64,000 nt of DNA from the human T2T-CHM13v2.0 reference genome, Homo sapiens, in NCBI RefSeq assembly GCF_009914755.1, contig NC_060930.1. One strand, 5' to 3'. Both the position numbers and the translations under genes were made by a program. Shown here one piece after another: positions 1 through 15,160 of this stretch (position 1 is its first letter; each line of letters starts with the position of its first letter). Under the pieces are notes generated by a model. The model had not been told where the DNA came from. It did no database searches and saw only the letters and a program-made list of their open reading frames with translations.

Positions 1-876
1 TTTGTCCTTCACTTATGAAGCTTAGTTTGGCTGGATATGAAATTCTGGACTGAAAATTCTTCTCTTTAAGAATGTTGAATGTTGGCCCCCACTCTCTTCT
101 GGCTTGTAGAGTTTCTGCCGAGAGATCTGCTGTTAGTCTGATGGGCTTCCCTTTGTGGGTAACCCGACCTTTCTCTCTGGCTGCCCTTAACATTTTTTCC
201 TTCATTTCAACTTTGGTGAATCTGACAATTATGTGTCTTGGAGTTGCTGTTCTTGAGGAGTATCTTTGTGGCATTCTCTGTATTTCCCGAATTTGAATGT
301 TGGCCTGCCTTGCTACGTTGGGGAAGTTCTCCTGGATAATATCCTGCAGAGTGTTTTCCAACTTGGCTCCATTCTCCCCATCACTCTCAGGTACACCAAT
401 CAGACGTAGATTTGGTCTTTTCATATAGTCCCATATTTCTTGGAGGCTTTGTTTCCTTTTATTCTTTTTTCTCTAAACTTCTCCTCTTGGTTCATTTCAT
501 TCATTTGATCTTCCATCACAGATACCCTTTCTTCCAGTTGTTCAAATCGGCTACTGAGGCTTGTGCATTTGTCACGTAGTTCTTGTGCCATGGTTTTCAG
601 CTCCATCAAGTCCTTTAAGGACTTCCCTGCATTGGTTATTCTAGTTAGCCATTCATCTGATCTTTTTTCAAGGTCTTTAACTTCTTTGCCATGTGTTCGA
701 ACTTCCTCCTTTAGCTTGGAATAGTTTGATTGTCTGAAGCCTTCTTCTCTCAACTCGTCAAAGTCATTCTCCATCCAGCTTTGTTCCATTGCTGGTGAGG
801 AGCTGCATTCCTTTGGAGGAGGAGAGGCGCTCTGATTTTTTGAGTTTCTGGTTTTTCTGCTCTGTTTTTTCCCCAT
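1..876 (-). pseudogene. L1 ORF1p, frameshifted
   Basis: ORF 421..876 matches ORF1p N-terminus/coiled coil, then leaves frame near 450; ORF1 homology continues to base 1. Confidence 0.9.
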
Positions 877-1900
877 CTTTGTGGTTTTATCTACCTTTGG
901 TCTTTGAAGATGGTGACATACAGATAGGGTTTTGGTGTGGATGTCCTTTCTGTTTGTTAGTTTTCCTTCTAACAGTCAGGACCTTCAGCTGCAGGTCTGT
1001 TGGAGTTTGCCGGAGGTCCGCTCCAGACCCTGTTTGCCTTGGTATCAGCAGCAGAGGCTGCAGAACAGCGGATATTGGGGAACAGCAAATGTTGCTGCCT
1101 GATCTTTCCTCAGGAAGTTTTGTCTCAGAGGAGTACCCGGCCGTGTGAGGTGTCAGTCTGCCCCTACTGAGGGGTGCCTCCCAGTTAGGCTACTCGGGGG
1201 TCAGGGACCCACTTGAGGAGGCAGTCTGTCCGTTCTCAGATCTCTAGCTGTGTGCTGGGAGAACCACTACTCTCTTCAAAGCTGTCAGACAGGGACATTT
1301 AAGTCTGCAGAGGATTCTGCTGCCTTTTGTTTGGTTATGCCCTGCCTCCAGAGGTGGAGTCTACAGAGGCAGGCAGGCCTCCTTGAGCTGCGGTAGGCTC
1401 CACCCAGTTCGAGCTTCCCAGCTTCCTTGTTTACCTACTCAAGCCTCAGCAGTGGTGTGTTTCACTCCCCCGCTTTGCTGCCACCTTGCAGTTCGATCTC
1501 AGACTGCTGTGCTAGCAATGAGCGAGGCTCCATGGGCATAGGACCCTCTGAGCCAGGTGTGGGATATAATATCCTGGTGTGCCATTTGCTAAGACTGTCA
1601 GAAAAGCGCAGTATTAGGGTGGGAGTGACCCAATTTTCCAGGTGCAATCTGTGACCCATTTCCTTGGCTAGGAAAAGAATTCCCCAACCCCTTGCACTTC
1701 CCGGGTGAGGCAATGCCTTGCCCTACATCAGCTCAGGCTCGGTGCACTGCACCCACTGTCCTGCCCCCACTGTCCAAGAATCCCCAGTGAGATGCACCGA
1801 GTACCTCAGTTGGAAATGCAGAAATCGTTTGTCTTCTGCGTTGCTCACACTGGGAGCTGTAAACTGGAGCTGTTCCTATTTGGCCATCTTGGCTCCCCCC
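1..1900 (-). mobile_element. L1PA (approx. PA4-PA7) 5' end: complete 5'UTR plus 5' part of ORF1; continues beyond window start
   Basis: Minus-strand 5' terminus GGGGGGAGCCAAGATGGCC at ~1900-1882 (YY1 motif); ORF1 start MGKKQSRK at 876; retains the ~128-nt 5'UTR segment absent from young L1s. Confidence 0.95.
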
Positions 1901-2130
1901 TATTTCATTATTTTTTATGGCTGAGTAGTATTCTATGATGTATACCACATTTTCTTTATCCACTCATCAATTGATGGACACTTAGGTTGGTTCCATATCT
2001 TTGCAATTGTGAATTGTGCTACAGTAAACATATGCATGCAGGTGTCTTTTTGATAGAATGACTTCTTTTCCTTTGGGTATATAGTGGGATTGCTGGATTG
2101 AATAGTAGGTATACTTTTAGTTCTTATAAC
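1901..2130 (-). mobile_element. older L1 3'-region fragment (host of the L1PA insertion)
   Basis: Encodes diverged ORF2 C-terminus (…FTIAKIWNQPKCPSIDEWIKKMWY). Confidence 0.8.
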
Positions 2131-2177
2131 AAACATTTTTAAGAAGAATTAGACTTCAGAAGAGATAAGAAACAAAG

Positions 2178-2525
<348 letters not shown>

Positions 2526-4699
2526 CTAGGGAATAAAACTTGACTCTACATGTCCTAGGAGGTAGTACTCAAAGAGATGCCCTGGACAACAGTATAGCTT
2601 AGGGATGAATACCATGATTCATTTTTGTCAGACATGGTGGGAAGGATGGGGAACCTACTGAGTTCCTATAATGAATCTTTTTTTTTTTTAGTGATTTTTC
2701 TGAGCCAAATGTTTGTAAGAAGCAGAAACTTCTATATGGAAAAAATTTAGTGTTTAAAAGGAGTTTTAGGAAGGAAGGCTGCCTGGATGCTTTTCTGAGA
2801 AAAGGACAGAGAAAAAATGGTGGAGTCAGAGCAAAAATCACATTCAAGAAATGGAAAATCAGGTTCCAATGTACAAACTATGCCCCAGGAGGACCAGTCT
2901 GATGACCTTCTCTTGCTGAGGTGACTTAAGGGAGATAAATGATGTGTAACACAGACTGCCTGTATAATTCAATACGTCTACAGTGTCTGTGTTCCAGTCA
3001 CTCTGCCGGATACCGTGGGACATATAATGGTGAAAGAAATATAACCCTTGCTTTCTGGAAGCATATAGTCTACTGTGATCAGTGCTATAAAAAGATAAAA
3101 GGAGAGTATATTCAATGTTAGAAGAAGGAAGGATAATTTTGGCTGTGTAACCTGAGAAAGAAGTGGCATTTGAGCTGGACTTTTACGCATTTTGACAGTC
3201 AGATACAATAGAATAGGTATTCCTGGCAACAAAATGGCATAGGCAAAATATATTATTTACAGTAATGCTAGTTTTAAATCAGATAGCTCCTGAACTATCA
3301 GCAGCATAATAAAATAGAGATTTATTACTCAATTGCTTTGTTCAGAGGATGTTCAATGGGCAGTCTTCCCTGAAGTGACTCAGGGACCTAGGCTCTTCTG
3401 TTGCATGATTTCACCTTCCCCTAGAGCCTCAGAATCTTTAGCTTCAAGCCAGTGTACGGAGAAAGATAGACTGTGGAGGGTTTTAGAGGAGATTTTGTGG
3501 TTTAGACTGGAAAGTGCAAACATCACTTCTCCCTGTATTCCACTGGCCAGAACTTAGTTGCATGGCTCCTCTAGAAACAAAGGAACCTGGGAAACGTAGG
3601 TTGAGACTGAACAGCATCCACTGTCTACTCCCAAGCCTATGTCAGGACAGAGAAGGAAGGAGAAGTTTCATATTAGATCAGCATGCAGAGTTTTAATTAT
3701 TAACTGCACCAAACAAGTTGTGTGATTATTAGATGGTTCTAGACTCTATTATCTGTAAATGATCAGATTACTTTTTCTTAATAAGAGATTGTAAAATGAA
3801 GAGACCTGCCCAAGATCTCATCTGAGGGTGGAAATAACTTTTCAACAGATCTGGTTTATCACAGAGGAGTTTCTCTTTGCTTAGAAGAGTCCAGCTTTTT
3901 CTATAATTGGTTACCAAGTTAACAAAAATGGGTAACAAGATGAAGAAAGCATTTTATGGGACCTTTTTATTGGTGATTGAATGGATGTTTGAGTAAGTAA
4001 AATGAGTGGGTTGAGGAAGAAGGTTTAGTTTCAGTCATATTGAGTTGAGGTATTAGTGGAATATCTGGGCAGAAGTCTACAGCAGTCACCAGGAAATGTA
4101 GAACTGGCTCTGGGAGAGAGGAAAGGGATAGAGGTAAGGGTTTAGGGAAAAATCCATGACAGCTTTCTTTTATTTTCCCACTGTACCCTCAGTGTTTTAA
4201 TTACAGATAGGCATTAATCCAAGTTAAACAAGGCTCTGATAAAGACCATTCTTTTATGAATGTTTTGGCTCCTGTACTTGATAACCAAACATCTCTACAG
4301 TAGGACAAACTGAGCGAGATTAAAAAATATTCTCAGTGAGGCTTTAACCTAACTATCCCTCTGATGAATCTAGGCATGTCTGATAAATATTGTCTGGTTT
4401 AATGGCCAAATCCATAGTGAAGTTGTAATTTTGGTGACTTAAAGTAACCCAGATCTATAGATTTAACAAAACCAACCTGCCTCACTCAGAACAAGTGGTT
4501 ACAAAACGATGATTGGGTTAAAGAAAGGAAATGTATGGAGAAAAAACTGTGGCAAGATAGTTCTTTTATCAGATATTCTGTAAAGATAAGACATTCAGAC
4601 TAAGCACCATTTTAGAGGAAAAGTTTAGGTCATAAAAACAAAATTAAATCTAATAATTTGGATTAATAATTATTAGTTAATTCTTTATCAGATTGTACT

Positions 4700-6395
4700 A
4701 GCCCACATTGCCACCAACAGTATATAGGCATTCCCTTTTCTCTGCATCCTCACCAACAGCTGTTATTTTCTGACTTTTTAATAATAGCCATTCTGACTGG
4801 TGTAAAGTGTTATCTCATTGTGGTTTTAATTTGCATTTCTGTAATGATTAGTGATGTTGAGCATTATTTCACATGCTTGTTGGTCATTTATATGTGTTCT
4901 TTTGAAAAATGTCTTTTCATGTCATTGCCAGATTTTTAATGGGGTTGTTTTATTTGTTAAGTTGTTTGATTTTCTTGTAGATTTTGGATATTAGTTGCTT
5001 GAATACATAGTTAGCAAATATTTTATCCCATTCTGCAGATTGTCTGTTCATTCTGTTGATTATTATTATTATTTTTACTGTACATAAGCTTTTTAGTTTA
5101 ATTAAGTCACATTCATTTATTATTGGTTTTGCACGTGCTTTTGAGGTCTTAGTCATAAATTCTTTGCCCATGTTAATGTCCAGAAGAGTTTTTCCTAGGT
5201 TTTCTTCTAGCATTTTTGTAGTTTCAGATCTTACATTTAAATCTTTAATCTATCTTGAGTTAATTTTTGTATGTGGCGAGAGATAAGGGTCCAGTTTCTT
5301 TCTTTCTTTTTTTTTTTTTTTTTTTTTTTTGCATACGGCAATCCAATTTTCCCAGCACCACTTATTGAATACGATGTCCTTTTCTCGGTATGTGTTTTTG
5401 GTGACTTTGTCAAATATCAGCTGGCTGTAGGTATTTGGTTTTATTTCTGGGTTATCTGTTCTATTCCATTGATCTATGTCTATTTTTATACCAGTAACAT
5501 GCGATTGTGGTTACTATAACCTATAGCATAATTCGAAGTCCCATAATGTGGTGCCTTCAGCTTTGTTCTTTTTTCTTAGGACTGCTTTGGCTCTTTGGGC
5601 TCTTTTTTGGTTCAATATGAATTGAATTTAAAAACGAATTTTAAGATTGGTTTTTCTAATTCTGTGAAAAATGACATTGGAATTTTGATAAGTATTACAT
5701 TGAATCTGTAGATGTTTTGGGCAGTATGGTCATGATTCTTCCCATTCATGGGTATGGGATGTTTTTCTATTTGTTTGTGTCATCTATAATTTCTTTCATC
5801 AGTGTTTTGTAGTTTTCCTTGTAGAGATCTTTTACCACCTTAGTTATATATATTCCTAAGTATATTTGTTTTGTAGCTATTATAAATGGGATTGACTTCT
5901 TGATTTGGTTCTCAGTTTAATATAATAACTTTTGGTATATATAAATGCTACTGATTTTTTTGCATTGATTTTGTATTCTGAAACTTTTCTGAATTCATTT
6001 ATCAAATTTAGGAGTATTTTGGAGGAGTCTTTAGGGTGTTCTAGGTATAAGATTATCAGCAAACAGAGCTAATTTTACTTCATCTTTTTCTATTTGGATG
6101 CCTTTTTTCCTTCTCTTGTCTGATTGCTCTGGCTAGGACTTTCAGTACTATGTTGAATAGCAGTTGTGAAAGCTGGCATCCATGTCTTGTTCCAGTTCTT
6201 ATGGGGAATGCTTTCAACTTTTCCATGTTCAGTAGGAAGTTGGCTGTGGGTTTGTCCTATATGGTTTTTATTATTTTAAGGCATGTTCCCTCAATATCTA
6301 GTATGTTGAGGGTTTTTATTACAAAGGAATACTGAATTTTATCAAATGCCTTATCTGCATCTATTGAGATGATGATAGGGTTTTTGTTTTTAGGA
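4700..6395 (-). mobile_element. old L1 (L1PB/L1MA-like) ORF2 3' fragment
   Basis: Degenerate ORF2 peptides ([21 protein letters not shown]; LLNLINEFRKVSEYKIN). Confidence 0.9.
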
Positions 6396-7510
6396 TTTTC
6401 AAACTCTAACTGCAAACTTAGCTGGTTGGGAAGGTATCCTAGTCTCTCAAGGCAATGGAGTATAACTGTAGCTGCATAAGAAAAAGTAAATTGAATAATA
6501 TAATAAAAAAGACATTAATATATTTAAATCTATGTTATTCATGATTTTCTAATAGTTTTCTAATACCTGTACTAATCAATTCTAGAAGCATTGCATTTAT
6601 TTTATATTCCTTTTAAGGTGTTTAAAGAATTTTTAGGATCTGATATGTCCTTGATTCTAAAAATCAATCCCTCCTAGCCCCTTCTCTTTTCCTGGATGGC
6701 AGCTTTTCTGATCTCATATAGCTTCACTCTTTCCCCTTTTTTCTTAGAATCTGTTCCTTCTCTGCTATAGAAAAGAAAAGGTATATTTCCCTCTGACCCC
6801 TTTTTAGAATTTCCTAAAATGTTCAAATAGTGTTGATATTAAGAAATTACCAAAAGGTAGTATAGTTTTTAATGTAGCTTGTATATGAATATGTGCATCT
6901 CCAAAAACTCAGTCATGTTCTTTAGGATTTCATAAAGAGAGGGAAGAAACAGAGCCTAAGGCTAAGCAAAGAGAAAAGCTACAGGGGAGAACAATTCCCC
7001 AAGGTGCCTGATAGGCTCCCGCCATGGGGAGCTCTAATTTGAGCAGCTCTCCAGCCCTGAAGAGCTTGGGTGGGCAGGGAAGGGATGAAAGTATTTCCAG
7101 AGGTACCCTAATGTCAGCAGTGCTGAAAATAACCCAGAGAGGAATCAAGTAAGCACGACACTTACTCAGGTATCAGCATAGGTAACAAAAAGGAACATGT
7201 TAAAATAAAAAGAGAAAGAAACCAAACCTTTTATCACATATGGTAAGATAAATACTTAGCAAGTAACTAAGGATGCATGGTCCCTCCAATTAATGGCAGA
7301 GAAGGGGACTGGAGAGGGGTTTCTTATTTCTCGAGTTAAGTTTCTTTCTCTGGAGGAGTTTAGGGAGGGTCAGGGGAATGGCTGTTCCATATATAGACTT
7401 TCAGTGAATCCCCCTGTTTTTAGTCTCCTTTTTTTCTGCTTTCCATGGTGTCTGATTTTTTTAAGTCTAGAAACTTCTTAACTATCTCTCACATTAACAT
7501 CTCATAGGAT

Positions 7511-7894
7511 AGGGATTGGCAAGCTATGTTCTGTGGCCCAAATCTTGCCAGTCATCTGTTTTTGTATAGCCTGAGAGCCAAGAATGGTTTCTACATTTTA
7601 AATTACACTTTAATATTTATATTTTAAATTGAATTTTAAAATATATCCAAGAAATAATATTTTGTGACACATAAAATTATATAAAACTAAAATTTCAGTG
7701 TCCATAAGTGAAGTTTTATTGGAATGTAGTCATGTTTATTCATGTCTATGTTGTCTATGGCTGCTTTCATGCTACAATGACATAATTGAGTAGTGGTAAC
7801 AGAGACTTAAATAATATCCTTTATTTTGCCTCTTGGCCTACAGAACCTAAAATGTTTACCATATGGCATTTATAGAAACAGTCTGCCATCCCTG
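7511..7894. mobile_element. MER58-like hAT-Charlie MITE
   Basis: Terminal inverted repeats AGGGATTGGCAAGCT…AGTCTGCCATCCCTG and typical internal AAGTTTTATTGGAA…ATGGCTGCTTTC. Confidence 0.7.
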
Positions 7895-8060
7895 ACACTA
7901 GGTGGTAGGTCCTCTGCTCTGTTCTGTCAGTAGTGTTCTTTTATCTCCTTTGTGTCTTTTATATATTCATTGATACAACTGTATTGATGGCTCCTTCTCT
8001 TGTCTTTGTTGTTGTCAGTTCATTTCATTTTTATTCCTTTGCTAATATTTTGGGAAGCTA

Positions 8061-8327
<267 letters not shown>

Positions 8328-8724
8328 CTACTTTGAAGATAAGGATGCTAGGGTCAGAAAAGTTACTAACTTTCCCAAGATCATCACACAGCTAGGAAGT
8401 AGTAAGGCAAGATTCAAACTCAGATAGTCTGGCTCCCAACTCTCACCCACTACACAATACTCCTTTGATTCCTGTGAGAAAGATGAGGCAAATTTGTGTG
8501 GTTTGTCCACTGTCATGATTCATAAATAGATCCAATGTAGTTTAGAATAAATGAGAATTCTGACAAGTTAAGTTTTATTAGGAGGTAGGGAGGGGGAAGA
8601 AATGTGCCCAAAGTGAGGGGAGATGGAATTCTGTACCTATCAAATGTTTGTTTCTTGTGTCTTAACATTTGGCTCAAGGCGGTACTTTTCAGTTTGGCAA
8701 TATGGTATTATTTTGTGTTATTTT

Positions 8725-8877
8725 ATATTAGAGATAGGGTTGCATTCTGTTGCTCAGGCTGCAGTGTAGGGGTATGCCCATAGCTCACTGCAGCCTTGAA
8801 CTCCTGGGATCAAACAATCCTCCCACCTCAGCCTCCCAAAGTGCTGGGATTACAGGCATGAGCCATTGTGACTGGCC
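8725..8877 (-). mobile_element. Alu monomer or internally deleted AluJ (FLAM-like)
   Basis: …CCTCAGCCTCCCAAAGTGCTGGGATTACAGGCATGAGCC; about 150 bp. Confidence 0.8.
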
Positions 8878-9050
8878 TCTGTTTGGCAATATCTTATGTC
8901 ACCAACTGATGAACTATAGCATAGGGGAAGCAGTGGAGTAGGGCTTGTGATCTTAACTGTTCTAAAGATTTGGGGGTATATCCATTTTTTAAATGTGAGA
9001 ATTACTTCCAAAAGTGTTTATGAGAGGTGATCTTTGAAAATGAAGCTCTG

Positions 9051-9368
<318 letters not shown>

Positions 9369-10979
9369 GAAAATGAAGTTCTGTGGATAAATATATTCAG
9401 GAAATGAGGCATTCCATATTACTGTATGCTCTCTGAACACTTTGCATTAAATTTTTTGTTTGTTTTTTAAACCAATTCCCTCAATTTAAATGACCACAAT
9501 TTTTTTTTTGGCCTATATAAAATCTTTCAGTGTTCTAAGGAATTAGTGTTCTGTGGAACATACTTTGGGAAATATTATTCCTCATTTTTACTTGTACAGC
9601 AAGGTTGTATTGCGTCTGACATTGTAATGTAGGGAAAAAAGTAAATTATTTTATCTACAATGAATCTCTTCTTTTTCCCAAGATTTTATCTGTGAAGTAG
9701 CAGGGAAACAAATGGACTCATGTCATGTGTGATAAACAAAGACCAATATGACGAGTTTTTGGTTTCTTTTTTGAGATAAATGTTTACTCAGTCTCTCAGA
9801 TGGCCTTCGCCAGTCTTGGCTTCTTTCCCTAAGTTGTGTCAAGGACAGGGCTCCCTGGCTTGTGCTCGTCCTGGGATATAGGCTTGCTGTTTTCTGCTGG
9901 TCTTAGGAGCAGTGTCTCTTGGATGACTGAGTGCTGCCGGCCCTGTTATAGACAGTGTGCACCTAATGGAACTCTATTTGCTGTCCCTCAGCAGGGCTCC
10001 TGGCTGACCTGGCCTCACCTCGCTCCTCTGTGAGCCTGCCACCCTGGTGTCTACCCCCAAGTCTCCTCTGTGAGGTCACTTGTCTGCCCAGCAGGCCCTG
10101 TGGCAGGCCCATTGTCTCTCAGGTGCAAACATGCAGGAACTGGAGAGATTTGGGAAAACTCAACCTCATAATCTTTCTTTTTTTTGCACATAGTGCATAG
10201 CCAAGTAGCTGTGTCTGCATCCCAGGCTGTTGTATTTAGGGAGAAGGGAAAAACTTGAAAGGTGCTCATTTTCCAGAGTCTTCCATGAGAAGTAGGTCAC
10301 TATAGCTCTTATCTTTAACATTTATTTTATTTTCACTTATGTGAAACACATCCCCCTGAAATCCAGGGAGGGTAAAAGGGGAGACATCAGTTTGATAATT
10401 TTCAATCCCTTTCTCTGTTTTCTTCTCATTGTCTCCCAAGCCAGATGCTTATTTTATTTCTCCTTTATCTTTTCTTCTTCTATAGAGTGATCCTGGCTGT
10501 TGGTAGGAGTATGAGACACCCCTCCACATTAGCAAACCCTAGATTCTAAATCCATCAGCCTAAGTTGTTGGTAAGTTAATGAAGGGAATAAAGACAAGTA
10601 AAACATTCTTCCCCAAGATAACATTCTGGTGAGCAAAATTTATTGTCTTGCTGTATGTCCAATTTGTATGTAGGGGCAAAAAACAAACTTCCTCTTTGTT
10701 CTTTTCCTTACATTTCTTATATAACAAATTTAATCTACCTATTGGCAGATGGATGCCTAATGTAAAGTATGATATACTCAGAAAAGCAAAAGGAACAAAG
10801 CACATTTGTAAAATTTGAAACAATTACCTTTTGACCCATATTCTACCATCCTCTCCTAGCTGGCCAATGTTTTTAAATGGTTCTCTGATATTACTGTTTC
10901 TTGATTTTTCTTCTCCTGTCTGCTCTTTCTCTAATTTTCAGGCTCATCACCCTTTGTGCCTCTATGAAATATTGCTCCT

Positions 10980-11990
10980 TTCAAAAGTTCCATTTGCAGG
11001 CCATTGTTCCTCTCATTCTCTATACTGAATGATCTTAACCATACTAATTATTTTAATTGCTAAGCATACCCTGATTTTCCAAATCTATATTCTAACCCTG
11101 AACCTTGTATCTGGTTAATCTGTAGGTGCCTCAAAGTCAACACACTGAACCCATTCACCAGTGAATGCTTTCTTCTCTTGTGTGTGCCATCTCATTTAAT
11201 GGTGGGAGAATTCAACCAGTTCCACACTGACACCTTAGACTCCTTCTTTCCCCAGAACCCCCAACATTGGCCTCCTACCTTCCCATTTCCAAACCTCCCA
11301 ATCCAAACCACTACCAATTCCTCTCCATGCCCTTCTTTCTACCCTCACTGTAAATACCCTAGGCCAGGTTCTCATCATTTCTTACATGGACTATTCTAAT
11401 AACTTGCTAAAGAATCTTTTTGCTCCTTATTCCCCCATATGATAGCAATCTACCTCCATGTTGCTGCCAGAATGCTCTTTTAAAATCCTTTGGGCCCCAT
11501 CCCTACCCTCATTTTATCCTGTCTCACATCTAGCTACTTCCCATAAACTTGTTTTCCTCCAGTCATTCTTCTGGTAGTTCTTAGAATGCTTCCTGCTCTC
11601 TTATGCCTTGCTACTTTTACACAGGTGATTTATTCTTTTGGGTCACCTTTCTTTCTGTATCCATTGAGCTAATTCTTAATTATGCTTTATAAATTATTTC
11701 CTGCTACCTTTACCAGGAAGTCATCCCTTTAAATCCCAGCCTGAATAAGGCAGTGTTTCTCTGTGCTCCTTCACGCATACCTTTAATTCACATGCTCTTG
11801 TGGAGCCATCACATTATATTTTAATGTTTAACTCAACATTGTTTATTTAATGTTTATCTCAACCTTCTTCTTTTACTCTATTTGGGAATGGGAACTGTAT
11901 CTTTCTTGCCGATTTCTTTGTCCCTGCTGCCTAGTTAAAGCCAGATACCCAGTAAGCTTTCAGTAAATATTTTTTTCTGAATGAATGTAA
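10980..11990 (+). mobile_element. L2 remnant (3' region)
   Basis: Pyrimidine-rich degenerate L2-like text ending in the L2 tail …CAGTAAATATTTTTTTCTGAATGAATG. Confidence 0.55.
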
Positions 11991-12998
11991 GAGGTTAAAT
12001 AGAATAAGGATGGATAAAAGGTCATTGGATTTGTCTTTATGAAGGTCTCTGCTGATCTTGGGGAGAGGAGGTTTAGTAAGTATATTTAACTTTCACAGTC
12101 TGGGCATTGAGAGGCTTGAAGGTAAAGCTGCATGCTTGAACACCAACCTCACCTCTCCCTGCAATACTTCAAAATAGAAAGAAAAGCTGTTAAGAGCTTC
12201 TCAAAGTGAATTGTGGGGCAATTAAAGTGATAGAAAGATATGAGTGATTTGGGTGAGCATGCTTTTAGCCATGAAAAAGCAGCCAAATGCATCTGCTTCA
12301 ATAAAATTCAGAGCAAAACCTTTGTAATCAGTCTGAAAACACCCAAGGCTTGCTTTCTTTTCTAAGGAAAGTAAAAATGATTTGGCAGCTGGATGCTTCA
12401 TCATGAGAACAGTACTTAATCTTTCACTGTTTGAGTTATGTTAAAAAAATATAGGTATAAAGCCACAGTTCTTTCCTTCATGACAGGCTCATCCCCAAAA
12501 CCTTGGGGGCACACAGTGGGGTAGCAGGTGAAGGTCCTGGCAGCAACCCTCACCCTGCCAGATTTCTGTATAAGTCCCCAGACTCCTCCTTTCAACATCT
12601 CCACTTACTCTTCTAACAGACCTCCAGGGCCCCAGCTGCTCAGTTAGACCAGGGAAGAGGCTGTCAGCAACCACATAACTAATTTCAGCCAGAATGTGAG
12701 AACCCTAGGCAGGTCATACCACAGTGATTAGGAGCCAAAAAATAATAATGGAATAATAATGGAATGACTCTCCATCCCCAGTCACTCAGGTGGACAGGAG
12801 GCTGGGTTAGGGCTGCCAGAGACCTTGAAAGTGTTTTGACATATATAGATCAGGTGAAGGATATACTTAACTCAGCAAGGTGCATTTCAAAAATTGTGCT
12901 GGAAGTTGAAATTGGAAGCCCCAGATAGTTGGAACCAGAGATGACTTGAATTAATAAGGGTGGGAGGGACCAGGGAGAAGTGCGGGGTTTATGGTAAC

Positions 12999-13470
12999 TC
13001 TATTTGTTAGGGTTCTCTAGAGAAACAGAATCAATAGGAGATACATTTATCTATATCTTCTATTGGTTATACATACATATATACACACACACATATATAT
13101 ATAAATATTTTATATATATATATTTATTTATTTATTTATTTTAAAGAATTAGCTAATGCGATTGAGGAGCCAGCAAGTCCAAAGTCTCTAGAGCGGACCA
13201 GCAGGTTGGAGGCAGTCAGGGTTTTTATGTTGTCGTCTTGAGGCAGAATTTCTTCTTTGAGAAACTTCAGTCTGTTTTCTCTTAAGGCCTTCAGCTGATC
13301 GGATGAGGCTCACTCACACCATGGGAAGATAATCTGCTTCACTTAGAGTCTACTGATTTTAATGTTAATCACATCTAAAACATACCTTCACAGCAATATG
13401 TAGACTAGTGTTTGACAAAATGATTGGGCACCATAGCCTAGCCAAGATGACACATAAAATTAACCACGAT
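12999..13470. mobile_element. MLT2-like (ERVL) solo LTR with internal (TA)/(CA) microsatellite
   Basis: TTAGGGTTCTCTAGAGAAACAGAA… to …CTAGCCAAGATGACACATAAAATTAACCAC. Confidence 0.75.
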
Positions 13471-15160
13471 TGGCACCAAAAGAGGGACAGTGAAAGCCCA
13501 CATGAAGAGGAAGAGCTAGGCCAGAAGCCTGAGAAGAGCCATAGACAAACTCAGTGTCTGTGATGGGAAGTAAACAGCTATGTCTGGTTGGTCAGGGCTG
13601 GAAAAGCACAAGATACAAGTTGTACTGATGCTGAGCTTGACCCCATCATGCCTTTTTAGATTTAGCTTAGTTCACTGGGCGATGGTAAAGATAGTAGATC
13701 AAAACTCCCAAGGCTTCCCACTGCAGGTCTTGCTCAAGTGGGCAGAGGCTAGGATTTTGTTTCCCTTATTTCTCCAGCAAAACATACTTGTCCTGTGTCT
13801 CATTTTATTAGGATGTTGCTGAATGCTTAGCATAGCCAAGTGTTAGTAGTCTGAGTAGTTTAAGACAGCAAATACCAACCTTTTGTTAATAAAAATATAA
13901 GCTCCTTCAATTGAAAACAGATGAGAAAATTCATGCCACAGTCTAAGTACTTCTGCAGTATCTGTTACTTTGAAAAGTGTGTCCTTCACAACATTTTGGA
14001 GTATCCTCATTGTCCTCTCCAGTGACACATTTTCTTTTTGTGCTGTGCTAGCTACTTACTTACCATTTCTTAACTTATCCTTGGCTTCATGATGACAGGC
14101 TGAATCTGCAAACTGAATTTTCAGGACTCCTTTGTAGCTCTACTGGGAGGAGTTGGCAGGAGATTCAAAAAAAGGAGGAAGAGAGAAGGCACACTCCTCC
14201 TGTTCCCAGGTTTTGTAAGCATCCCAACAGCAGTAGCTACAGAAGCCACAGACAACTCCAGCTCTTGCATTTTTTGGTATGCTAAGCAGCAGCTGCAAGG
14301 CACTCCCCTCAAAGGCCTAAGCACCAGATGTGCAGTATTTCCTCAACATACTTGAAAAACAGCCCCAAAGAAGCCCTGATTTAGAGATCTGAGTGCCTTT
14401 GTAAGACACATACATCCCCTCCCACAAAACCTCAAAAATTAGATGGGCAGTGCCATCTCTAATCTTTGAGTACCAGTTGTTCAAGGAGCCCAGTCAGGTC
14501 CAAGCACCAGATGAGCAGTGCTTTCCTCTATGTTCTGAAAGCCTAACATGTGGTGCCTTCCTTAGGAGTCCAAGCACTGAATTGCGGTGTCCCATCAGAG
14601 GTCCAAGTGTCAGCTGTGTGGGGCCCACCCAGGTCCAGAGGGGTGTACATGAGTTTGGAGCACCTCTTGTATGGTCAGAACCTCAGCTGCACAGCACCAC
14701 CTCTTCTGCCCTATCTTTTCTCTTCTGTCCTCCAAGCCCTAGGGGTAGTGGTTGCCTTCTAGAGTTACCCAAAACTCTAATTGTTGTTCTATTAGCTTTG
14801 AGTTCAAAAGCCTATTAAACAATTTCCTGTATTAAACTTCTTGCATTTGAAATATCCATTTTACACCCTGGACCCTGAGCTGTGCATGTATCTTAGCTTT
14901 CCTAAAGCCGAGGTAGCTGAAACATACCAAGATTGTTATCTTCAGGTTAGATTGTCACTGTGGAAGTGCAGGAGTGAAAGACTACTGATAAATGTTTTTG
15001 TTTTTTTAAAGTATTCTTTCCAAGGCCAGAGCAGAGACAAAAATGTTGAGCTTTAAGACCTTGAATTTTGGTTTCTCAAATACAGAGGTCTTGGGACACA
15101 AATTTTTTCTCATAAACAATAAGTATTTTCTGCCTCCCTCTCTGACTATATAAATATTCT

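Noticed and set aside
13843-14028. 61-aa ORF in non-repeat-looking sequence
   Set aside because: Non-ATG start, no recognisable homology, no convincing splice context
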